This document shows, in pieces, positions 28,227 through 36,049 of a DNA stretch of 38,560 nt. Location: assembly GCA_040902005.1 (NCBI GenBank), contig JBBDYA010000033.1, positions 1-38,560 of the forward strand, in the 5' to 3' direction. The translations under genes and the position numbers were made by a program. Positions within the stretch are counted from its first letter, which is position 1. Each line of letters opens with the position of its first letter. The notes under the pieces are model-generated. The model was not told where the DNA came from. It searched no databases and saw only the letters and a list, made by a program, of their open reading frames with translations. This DNA comes from Gemmatimonadaceae bacterium (GTDB taxonomy: Bacteria; Gemmatimonadota; Gemmatimonadetes; Gemmatimonadales; Gemmatimonadaceae).

Positions 28227-28673
28227 ATGAAAACGTTTTCCGCGACGCCGCGCGACATCACCAAGCGCTGGTTCGTCGTCGACGCAGAGGACCAGGTGCT
28301 GGGTCGCCTCGCCTCTGAGATCGCGAAGATTCTTCGCGGCAAGCACAAGCCCATCTTCACGCCGCACATGGATACCGGCGACGGTGTCATCGTGGTGAAC
28401 GCGGCGAAGGTGCGGGTCACGGGCCGCAAGGCGGAGCAGAAGCGGTACTTCCGCCACACCGGCTACATGGGCCACGAGCTGTTCACGCCCTTCGCGACGA
28501 TGATCGAGAAGCACCCCGAGCGGGTGATCGAGAAGGCCGTGTACGGCATGCTCCCGAAAACGGCGCTGGGGCGGCAGATCCTGCGCCGCAAGCTCCGGGT
28601 GTACGCCGGCGCGGAGCACCCCCACGTGGCCCAGTCACCCACCCCGCTCACCTTCAGCAAGGACGAGAAGTAA
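28227..28673 (+). CDS. rplM: 50S ribosomal protein uL13
   Basis: [42 protein letters not shown]. Confidence 0.98.
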   Translation: MKTFSATPRDITKRWFVVDAEDQVLGRLASEIAKILRGKHKPIFTPHMDTGDGVIVVNAAKVRVTGRKAEQKRYFRHTGYMGHELFTPFATMIEKHPERVIEKAVYGMLPKTALGRQILRRKLRVYAGAEHPHVAQSPTPLTFSKDEK

Positions 28674-28675
28674 CC

Positions 28676-29071
28676 ATGGCTGACACGCAGGTCATCCACG
28701 CGATCGGCCGCCGCAAGGAAGCGGTGTGCCGCGTCTACCTCCGTCCCGGCTCGGGCAAGTGGGACGTGAACGGACGCACCCTGGGAGACTACTTCCCGCG
28801 TCCCGCCCTCGTTTCAGCGATTCAGCAGCCCTTTACGGCCACGGACATGCTCGGACGCTTCGACGTTCGCGCGAATCTGGAGGGCGGCGGCCAGACCGGT
28901 CAGGCGGGCGCCCTGCGCCTCGCGGTGGCACGCGCGCTCGTGAAGCTCGATGAAGGTCACCGTCGCAAGCTCCGCGATCTCGGCCTCCTCACGCGCGACG
29001 CGCGCGCCGTGGAGCGCAAGAAGCCGGGCCGTCCGAAAGCACGCAAGCGGTTCCAGTTCAGCAAGCGCTAA
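28676..29071 (+). CDS. rpsI: 30S ribosomal protein uS9
   Basis: GRRKEAV, GGGQTGQAGA, LTRDAR.VERKKPG..KARKRFQFSKR. Confidence 0.98.
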   Translation: MADTQVIHAIGRRKEAVCRVYLRPGSGKWDVNGRTLGDYFPRPALVSAIQQPFTATDMLGRFDVRANLEGGGQTGQAGALRLAVARALVKLDEGHRRKLRDLGLLTRDARAVERKKPGRPKARKRFQFSKR

Positions 29072-29104
29072 ACCAGCGGTACATCAGGCAGTCGCAGGTC
29101 ATCT

Positions 29105-29181
29105 CACACGCACCTGGAGCCTTTCCTGGTGCCGGGGCAACCCGGTCGGGACGGGCGATGAAGGGTGCGGACGACAAACCA
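29105..29181 (+). ncRNA. rpsB 5' leader (S2 leader / t44-like autoregulatory structure)
   Basis: CACAC start; outer stem CGCACC/GGTGCG; inner stems GCCT/GGGC and TCCT/GGGA; apical GCCGGG-GCAA-CCCGGT; located directly before rpsB. Confidence 0.7.
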
Positions 29182-29200
29182 ATCAACAGGAACACGTCTC

Positions 29201-30166
29201 ATGGCTGACAACCAGCCGACACTCGAAGCACTGCTCGCGGCAGGCGTCCACTTCGGACACCAGACGCGCCGCTGGAATCCCAAGATGCGCCGGTTCATCT
29301 TCGCCGAACGCAACGGGATCCACATCATCGATCTCCAGAAGACGCTCCGCCAGCTCGAGCTGGCGCAGAAGCTCGCGCGCGAGGTGATCCTGCGCGGCGA
29401 CAGCGTCCTGTTCGTCTGCACCAAGGCCCAGCTGTCGGGCATCGTGAAGGCCGAGGCGGAACGCTGCGGCGCCATGTTCATCACCGAACGCTGGCTCGGT
29501 GGCCTGCTCACCAACTTCCAGACCGTGAAGAAGCAGCTCCGTCGCATGAAGGAGCTCGAATCGGGCACGGAAGCCGGGGGCGAGTTCGAGAACTACACCA
29601 AGAAGGAGCTCCTCATGCTCTCGCGCGAGCGAGAGAAACTCGACAAGTACCTCAGCGGCATCAAAGGCATGACGCGGCTGCCCGGACTCATGTTCGTGGT
29701 GGATTCCAAGAAGGAACGCATCGCGGTGAGCGAAGGGAACAAGCTCGGCATTCCGATCGTCGCCATCGTCGACACGAACGCCGATCCGGACCAAATCACC
29801 GTGCCGATCGCCGGCAATGACGACGCGATCCGGTCGGTGGAGCTCATGACGAAAGCGATTGCGGACTCCATCTCGGAGGCGCGCCGCGAGGCGCCGGTCC
29901 GCGAGGAAGTCGAGGACAGCGAGAGCTACACGTACAGCTCCGACCGCGGCGCCGAGCCGGCGGCCGAGGACTCCGATCGCAAGCGCAAGCGTCGCCCCCG
30001 CCGCCGCCGGGCCAAGCCGGATGCGATCGCCGCGCGGATGCGGGCGCCAGGCGAAGGTGGCGTCGATGGTGTGGAGGGCGCGGCGGGAGTGGAGAGCGCC
30101 GAGATCGGGGACCCGGACAGTGCCGAACCGGACATCAGCGAGCCCGAGACCGATCCGGCCGAGTAA
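29201..30166 (+). CDS. rpsB: 30S ribosomal protein uS2 with long C-terminal extension
   Basis: LLAAGVHFGHQTRRWNPKM, IHIIDL, RWLGGLLTN, DTNADPD, GNDDAIRS. Confidence 0.98.
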   Translation: MADNQPTLEALLAAGVHFGHQTRRWNPKMRRFIFAERNGIHIIDLQKTLRQLELAQKLAREVILRGDSVLFVCTKAQLSGIVKAEAERCGAMFITERWLGGLLTNFQTVKKQLRRMKELESGTEAGGEFENYTKKELLMLSREREKLDKYLSGIKGMTRLPGLMFVVDSKKERIAVSEGNKLGIPIVAIVDTNADPDQITVPIAGNDDAIRSVELMTKAIADSISEARREAPVREEVEDSESYTYSSDRGAEPAAEDSDRKRKRRPRRRRAKPDAIAARMRAPGEGGVDGVEGAAGVESAEIGDPDSAEPDISEPETDPAE

Positions 30167-30179
30167 ACAGGGCGCACAG

Positions 30180-30244
30180 GGCCCGCCACCCGTCGGCGGG
30201 CCGGTATACTTTCCATTGCGCCGCCGGAATCACTTCGGCGGCGT
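30180..30244 (+). promoter_or_regulatory. Hairpin, -10 hexamer (TATACT), hairpin: putative internal tsf promoter
   Basis: GGCCCGCC-N7-GGCGGGCC (30180-30202), TATACT (30205-10), GCGCCGCCGGA-N5-TTCGGCGGCGT (30218-44). Confidence 0.5.
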
Positions 30245-30268
30245 TTCCACGAATGAAGGGATTGCGAG

Positions 30269-30877
30269 ATGACGACGAAAGCCCAGGGAATCAGCGCGAA
30301 AGAGGTCGCCGAACTTCGCCAGCGTACCGGCGCGGGGATGATGGATTGCAAGGCCGCGCTCCAGGAAACCAATGGAGACATGGACGCGGCGATCGAGCTG
30401 CTGCGCACGAAGGGGATGGCCAAGGCGGAGAAGCGCGGCGGGCGCGAAACGCGCGAGGGACTGATCGGCAGCTACATCCACCACAACAGCAGGATTGGCG
30501 TGCTGGTGGAGGTGAACTGCGAGACGGACTTCGTCGCGCGCACCGACGACTTCAAGAACCTGGTCAAGTCCATTGCCGAGCACATCGCGGCCGCCGCGCC
30601 GCTGGCCGTGGACAAGACCCAGATTCCCGCCGAGAAGGTGGAGCAGGAGCGTCGCATCTTCACCGAGCAGGTGAAGGAGAGCGGCAAGCCGGCGAACCTG
30701 GTGGACAAGATCGTGGACGGAAAGCTCGAGGCCTTCTTCAAGGAGAGCTGCCTCCTCAGCCAGCCCTGGGTGCGTGACGACAAGAAGACGATCGGCGACC
30801 TCGTCACGGAAGCGTCGGCGAAAACCGGGGAGAATATCCAGGTTCGCCGCTTCTCGCGCCTCCAGATCGGCGAGTAA
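30269..30877 (+). CDS. tsf: Elongation factor Ts (short form)
   Basis: LRQRTGAGMMDCK, EVNCETDFVA, 202 aa. Confidence 0.98.
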   Translation: MTTKAQGISAKEVAELRQRTGAGMMDCKAALQETNGDMDAAIELLRTKGMAKAEKRGGRETREGLIGSYIHHNSRIGVLVEVNCETDFVARTDDFKNLVKSIAEHIAAAAPLAVDKTQIPAEKVEQERRIFTEQVKESGKPANLVDKIVDGKLEAFFKESCLLSQPWVRDDKKTIGDLVTEASAKTGENIQVRRFSRLQIGE

Positions 30878-30895
30878 CACACCAGCCCACGGTTC

Positions 30896-31609
30896 ATGAC
30901 CGAACTCAAATACCCGCGTGTTCTGATCAAGCTCTCCGGCGAGGCGCTCGCCGGCGACAAGGGATTTGGGTTCGATTTCGAAACGATGAGCCGTCTGTGT
31001 GACGAGGTCGTCGCGGTGGTCCGTCTGGGCGCCGCGGTGGGCCTCGTCATCGGAGGCGGGAACATCGTGCGCGGCGCGCAGCTGTCCAAGATGGGGATGG
31101 AACGCGTGGGCGCCGACTACATGGGCATGCTCGGCACCGTCATCAACGCGCTGGCCGTGCAGGACGTGCTGGAGCGCAAGGGCATCGAGACCCGCGTGAT
31201 GACCGCCATCCGGATGGAGGAGCTGGCGGAACCGTACATCCGGCGCCGCGCGCTGCGACACCTGGAGAAACAGCAGACCGTGATTTTTGCCGCGGGAACG
31301 GGCAACCCGTATTTTTCCACGGACACCGCCGCCGTGCTGCGCGCCATTCAGATCAAGGCGAACCTGATCATCAAGGCCACCAGCGTGGACGGCGTGTATT
31401 CCGCCGACCCCAAGAAGGACACGAGCGCCAGGCTGTTCGAGGAGATCAGCTATCGCGACGTGATGATGGCGGAGCTGAAGGTGATGGATCAGACGGCGAT
31501 CACGTTGTGCAAGGAGAACGCGATGCCGTTGGTCGTTCTCAACATCCACCGACCAGGCGCTATCGCCGCGGCGGTCCGCGGCGAACGCGTTGGCACCCTC
31601 GTGCGATGA
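30896..31609 (+). CDS. pyrH: UMP kinase
   Basis: IKLSGEAL, VIGGGN, DYMGML, GTGNPYFSTD, DGVYSADP. Confidence 0.98.
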   Translation: MTELKYPRVLIKLSGEALAGDKGFGFDFETMSRLCDEVVAVVRLGAAVGLVIGGGNIVRGAQLSKMGMERVGADYMGMLGTVINALAVQDVLERKGIETRVMTAIRMEELAEPYIRRRALRHLEKQQTVIFAAGTGNPYFSTDTAAVLRAIQIKANLIIKATSVDGVYSADPKKDTSARLFEEISYRDVMMAELKVMDQTAITLCKENAMPLVVLNIHRPGAIAAAVRGERVGTLVR

Positions 31610-32160
31610 CACCCATCCAGCAGATCATGAAGGACACGCGCACCGCGATGGAAAAGGCCGTGGACGCGGCCAGGCGCGAGTTCTCCGGCCTCCACGCGGG
31701 CAAGGCTTCGCCCACGATGCTCGACTCCGTGAAAGTTGACATGTATGGCACCACCATGGCGTTGAATCAGGTGGCCACGGTCTCAGCGCCGGAGCCGCGC
31801 CTGCTCCTCGTCACCCCGTTCGACAAGGGGCAGGGCAAGGCCATCGAGAAGGCCATCCGCGAGGGCAACCTCGGGCTGGATCCCGCACAGCAGGGCGGCA
31901 TCATTCGCGTCCCGCTCCCATCCATGAACGAGGAACGCCGCAAGGAACTGGTGAAGATCGCGCACAAGTACGCGGAGGACGGGAAGATCGCCATCCGCCA
32001 TGCGCGCACCCACGGCCGCGACATCCTCAAGAAGCTGTCGGGCGTATCCGAGGACGACGTGAAGCACGCCGAGAAGGACCTCCAGAAGATCCACGACGAC
32101 TTCATCCACAAGGTGGACGACCTGATCAAGGCGAAAGAAGCCGAAATCATGTCGGTGTGA
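31606..32160 (+). CDS. frr: Ribosome recycling factor
   Basis: MEKAV, G.ASP.MLD, EERRKELVK, KEAEIM; ATGA overlap with pyrH. Confidence 0.97.
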   Translation: MTPIQQIMKDTRTAMEKAVDAARREFSGLHAGKASPTMLDSVKVDMYGTTMALNQVATVSAPEPRLLLVTPFDKGQGKAIEKAIREGNLGLDPAQQGGIIRVPLPSMNEERRKELVKIAHKYAEDGKIAIRHARTHGRDILKKLSGVSEDDVKHAEKDLQKIHDDFIHKVDDLIKAKEAEIMSV

Positions 32161-33041
32161 TGTCCGAGCTTACGCGGCGCGTCGCGTTCGGCGTGATCGC
32201 GGCGCCGATTGTCATCGCCATCGTGCTCGCGGGAGGCGCGGCGCTGGCCGGACTGCTCGCCGTCGCCTCCGCGATCGCCGCGTGGGAATTCTTTCGTCTC
32301 GCGCGCGCCGCCGGTCACACCCCCTTTGGCGACCTGGGTGCCGCGCTCGCGGGACTGCTCCCCCTCGCCGTGCACGCCCGGTATCTGGGGCTGGTGCAGC
32401 CACGCCTCGTGTATCTCGCCATCGTGGTCCTGCTCCTGCTGACCCTCGCGATCTGGATGCGCGGCACTGCTGGCAAGCCGATCGGCGCCGTCGCCACCAC
32501 GCTCATGGGCGTCGTGTACACCGGCGCGCTCCTGAGCTTCGCGTACGCGATCCGCTACCACGATTATGCGATCGGCGGCATGACGGTGGGGCCTGTTCCC
32601 ATCGCCGCGGGGGGCGTGCTGCTCGGGCTGCCCATCATCCTCACCTGGGCAACCGACAGCGGCGCGTACTTCGTGGGCCGAGCGGTCGGGGGACGCAAGC
32701 TCATTCCCGCCGTGAGCCCGGGAAAGACCGTCGCGGGCGCCGTCGGTGGAGTCGTCGTCAGCATCGTCGTCACCTGGCTGTACGTGACGTTCCTCCTTCG
32801 ACCCGCCGCGCAGCTCACGATGACCCCCCTCGCGCTGATCGCGTTCGGCGCCCTGATCAGCGTCGCCGCGCAAGTCGGGGATCTCGTCGAATCGCTCCTC
32901 AAGCGCGAGGTCGGAGCGAAGGACAGCTCCACGCTGCTGCCGGGCCACGGCGGCGTGCTCGATCGCCTGGACAGCCTCTTCTTCGTGCTGCCGGTTGCGC
33001 ATCTGCTCCTGGGCTGGATGCTGATTCCCGCACCCCGGTGA
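32160..33041 (+). CDS. cdsA: Phosphatidate cytidylyltransferase
   Basis: WATDSGAYFVG, VSPGKT, GDLVESLLKR, KDSS..LPGHGGVLDRLDS. Alternative start GTG 32157. Confidence 0.95.
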   Translation: MSELTRRVAFGVIAAPIVIAIVLAGGAALAGLLAVASAIAAWEFFRLARAAGHTPFGDLGAALAGLLPLAVHARYLGLVQPRLVYLAIVVLLLLTLAIWMRGTAGKPIGAVATTLMGVVYTGALLSFAYAIRYHDYAIGGMTVGPVPIAAGGVLLGLPIILTWATDSGAYFVGRAVGGRKLIPAVSPGKTVAGAVGGVVVSIVVTWLYVTFLLRPAAQLTMTPLALIAFGALISVAAQVGDLVESLLKREVGAKDSSTLLPGHGGVLDRLDSLFFVLPVAHLLLGWMLIPAPR

Positions 33042-34144
33042 GCGGCGCCGTGGGGGTGGCGGTGCTGGGATCCACCGGCAGCGTAGGGACGACGGCGCTG
33101 CGTGTGCTCGACCGGCACCGCGACCGCTTTCGCGTGGTGGCACTGACGGCGTTCGCCAACGCGGAATTGCTGAAGCAGCAGGTGACCGAGTTCCGTCCCG
33201 CCTTCGCGGAGCTGGTGAGCAATGGCCGGGGCGAATGTCTCGTGCAGGCCGCCACGCGCGACGACGTGGACATCGTGCTGAATGCCGTGGTCGGTGCCGC
33301 CGGGCTGGATGCCACCCTGGCGGCGCTTCGCGCGGGCAAGCGCGTGGCGCTGGCCAACAAGGAGACGCTGGTCATGGCCGGGCACCTGGTGCGCCAGGCC
33401 ATGGAGCAGGGGGGCGGCGAGATCGTTCCCGTGGACAGCGAGCACAGCGCCATTCTCCAGTGCATGGCGGGGCGCGCGCGCGCGGACGTGCGCCGCGTGG
33501 TGCTCACGGCCTCGGGCGGTCCGTTTCGCGACTGGCCGCGCGAGCGGCTGGCGCGCGCGACGGCCGAGGAAGCGCTGAAGCACCCGACCTGGAGCATGGG
33601 GCGGAAGATCACCGTGGACAGCGCGACGCTCGCCAACAAGGCGCTCGAGGTGATCGAAGCGCATCACTTGTTCGACCTGACCTTCGACCAGATCGACGTC
33701 GTGGTCCACCCGCAGAGCGTGGTCCACAGTCTCGTGGAGTTCGTGGACGGCTCGGTGGTCGCACAGCTGGGCGCGCCGAGCATGGAACTTCCGGTGCTCT
33801 ACGCGCTCACGCATCCGGACCGGGTGGAAGACACCGCCGCCGTTCCGTTCGATCCGGTGGCGCTCTCTCCGCTAACTTTCGAGCGCGTGCGTCACGACGA
33901 CTTTCCCGCGTTGGGGCTGGGAATCGCGGCGGGACGCGCGGCCGGCGCCGCGCCGGCGGTGTACAACGCGGCCAACGAGCAGGCGGTCGAAATCTTTCTC
34001 CAGGGTCGAATGACGTTTGGTGATATTCCGCGCGCGATCGCTGACGCGCTCGACGCACTCAGGCAGCTGCCGGGTGAGACCCTGGATGCCCTGCGGCATG
34101 CGGATACCGCGGCACGCCAGCGGGTGCGGGAGCAGTTCGCGTGA
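33038..34144 (+). CDS. dxr: 1-deoxy-D-xylulose-5-phosphate reductoisomerase
   Basis: LGSTGSVG, LANKETLV, PVDSEHSA, TASGGPF, HPTWSMG.KITVDSAT, NAANE; GTGA overlap. Confidence 0.97.
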   Translation: MSGAVGVAVLGSTGSVGTTALRVLDRHRDRFRVVALTAFANAELLKQQVTEFRPAFAELVSNGRGECLVQAATRDDVDIVLNAVVGAAGLDATLAALRAGKRVALANKETLVMAGHLVRQAMEQGGGEIVPVDSEHSAILQCMAGRARADVRRVVLTASGGPFRDWPRERLARATAEEALKHPTWSMGRKITVDSATLANKALEVIEAHHLFDLTFDQIDVVVHPQSVVHSLVEFVDGSVVAQLGAPSMELPVLYALTHPDRVEDTAAVPFDPVALSPLTFERVRHDDFPALGLGIAAGRAAGAAPAVYNAANEQAVEIFLQGRMTFGDIPRAIADALDALRQLPGETLDALRHADTAARQRVREQFA

Positions 34145-35553
34145 CGGGCATCCTCGCGATCCTCGCGCCGATTTTCGTATTCGGCCTCGTGATCTTCGTG
34201 CATGAGCTGGGGCACTTCCTCGCGGCCAAGTCCGTGGGCGTGTATACCCCCCGCTTCTCGATCGGCTTCGGGCCCGCGCTCTGGCGCCGGCGACGCGGGG
34301 AGACCGAATACATCCTGGCGGCAATTCCACTGGGCGGGTACGTCCGGATGGCGTCACGGCTGGACGACGCATCGGCCTCCCTTGAGGGTGGCAGTGAGGA
34401 GAGCGCGAAGCGCTCCTACAACGATCCGAACTACGATCCCGAGGCGATGATTCCGTTCGGGCCCAAGCCGGTGCCCGAGGATCGCTGGTTCGAGTCGAAA
34501 CCCCTGTGGGCGCGGCTCTATATCCTCGTTGCGGGCGTCACGATGAACTTCGTGCTGGGCCTCGTCGTGGCGATCGGGCTCGCGGCGTACTACGGCAAGG
34601 CCGTCATTCCCTCGCGCGTGGCCGGCGCCGTGCGGCCCATCGATGGCATGGCGCTGCTCGCCGGCGCCGTGCAGCCGGGCGACACGATTCTGCGGGTCAA
34701 CGGTGCGCCGGTTGAGACCTGGTCCGCCGCGATGGAGGCGATCGCGACGAGCGTGGACAGCGTGGCCATCGAGAGCAACCGCGGTGGAGTGACGATACCC
34801 CTCGGTGGGCCCGGCGCGCCCGCCGCGCGGGACGTGGCCCTGGCGATGGACTACCTGCTTCCTCCGGTCCTCGGCGGCCTGCTCCCCGGCAACCCGGCGT
34901 CCCAAGCGGGCCTGCGCCAGGGAGACAGCATCGTTGCCATCGACGGCGCGCCGATCCACACCTGGAGCGACATGGTGCACCGGGTGGCGGCCTCCCCGCA
35001 GCGTCCGCTGTCGTTTGAGGTAATCCGCGTTGGCGTTCGCGAGCAGTTCACGGTGACACCGGAGCCGATGGACGGGATCGACCCCGTGACGGGGGTGCGC
35101 GGGCCGGTAGGGAAGATCGGCGCGTTCGCCCCGGACGTGACCACCCGTGAGCCGGTGTCCTTCGGCGAGGCCATCACGCTCGGCTCCCGGATGTCCTGGG
35201 CGATGGGAACGTCGATCATCGGAACCGTGCGCGACCTGTTCACCCGCCGCGTTTCCATGGACCAGCTGGGCGGGCCCATCGCCATTACCCGCGCATCGGT
35301 GGAAGCAGCGCGGTCCGGGCTGGAGAGCCTATTCTTCCTGATTGCGCTCCTGAGCATCAACGTGGGCATTCTCAACCTGTTGCCCATCCCGATCCTCGAC
35401 GGCGGCCAGATCCTGATCAACATCCTGGAGTCCGCGAGGCGCAAGCCGTTCAGCCTCCAGACGCGAGAGTACATCCTGCGCGGCGGATTGTTCGTCATCC
35501 TGCTGCTGTTCGTGCTCGTGATGTTCAACGACACCAGGGCGCTGTTCCGCTGA
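34141..35553 (+). CDS. rseP: RIP metalloprotease RseP (M50) with two PDZ-like domains
   Basis: [34 protein letters not shown]. Confidence 0.95.
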   Translation: MTGILAILAPIFVFGLVIFVHELGHFLAAKSVGVYTPRFSIGFGPALWRRRRGETEYILAAIPLGGYVRMASRLDDASASLEGGSEESAKRSYNDPNYDPEAMIPFGPKPVPEDRWFESKPLWARLYILVAGVTMNFVLGLVVAIGLAAYYGKAVIPSRVAGAVRPIDGMALLAGAVQPGDTILRVNGAPVETWSAAMEAIATSVDSVAIESNRGGVTIPLGGPGAPAARDVALAMDYLLPPVLGGLLPGNPASQAGLRQGDSIVAIDGAPIHTWSDMVHRVAASPQRPLSFEVIRVGVREQFTVTPEPMDGIDPVTGVRGPVGKIGAFAPDVTTREPVSFGEAITLGSRMSWAMGTSIIGTVRDLFTRRVSMDQLGGPIAITRASVEAARSGLESLFFLIALLSINVGILNLLPIPILDGGQILINILESARRKPFSLQTREYILRGGLFVILLLFVLVMFNDTRALFR

Positions 35554-35578
35554 GCGGGCAGGGCGGAATGGGGGACAC

Positions 35579-35607
35579 TTTACTTGCCCATACGCATTGT
35601 CTAAGTT
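35579..35607 (+). promoter_or_regulatory. Putative sigma70 promoter of rpsO-pnp
   Basis: TTTACT-17 nt-TAAGTT in an AT-rich spacer. Confidence 0.5.
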
Positions 35608-35656
35608 CAATGGCTACAAACAATTCGACCCGATACAGAGACACGCGGTTCACGCA

Positions 35657-35917
35657 ATGGCATTCGACAAAGCTCCCACGATCGAGAAGCACCGGACGCA
35701 CGAAAGCGACACCGGTTCCGCAAAGGTTCAGGTAGCCGTACTGACCGAGCGCATCAACTACCTCACGGATCATTTCCGGGAGCACAAGAAGGATCATCAC
35801 AGTCGCCGCGGCCTCCTGAAGATGGTAGGCAAGCGTCGCCGACTGCTGAACTACCTGCGACGGACGGACGTTGAGACGTACCGCTCGCTGGTACAGGAGC
35901 TGGGGCTCCGTTACTAG
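35657..35917 (+). CDS. rpsO: 30S ribosomal protein uS15
   Basis: [40 protein letters not shown]. Confidence 0.98.
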   Translation: MAFDKAPTIEKHRTHESDTGSAKVQVAVLTERINYLTDHFREHKKDHHSRRGLLKMVGKRRRLLNYLRRTDVETYRSLVQELGLRY

Positions 35918-35932
35918 ACGGCAGTAGGCCGA

Positions 35933-35966
35933 GGCGCGGGCGCAATGATTGCGGCCCGCGCGTTTT
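35933..35966 (+). terminator. Terminator-like hairpin after rpsO
   Basis: GCGCGGGCGCAA-TGA-TTGCG-G-CCCGCGC (one bulge) followed by GTTTT. Confidence 0.6.
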
Positions 35967-36027
35967 GCATTCCGCTTAAGGCGGCTCGACACCGTGTCGA
36001 GCTCTGGCCTTCGCGGACGTACGAAAG
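35963..36027 (+). promoter_or_regulatory. Long irregular stem-loop in the pnp leader (candidate RNase III site)
   Basis: Nested pairings TCCGC/GCGGA, AAGGC/GCCTT, GGCTCGACA-CCG-TGTCGAGCT. Confidence 0.55.
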
Positions 36028-36049
36028 CAATCCATTCCAGAGAGAGATC

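Noticed and set aside
30269..30877. EF-Ts looks truncated (202 aa)
   Set aside because: The short homodimeric EF-Ts form is well known (e.g. Thermus, cyanobacteria); motifs and stop are intact.
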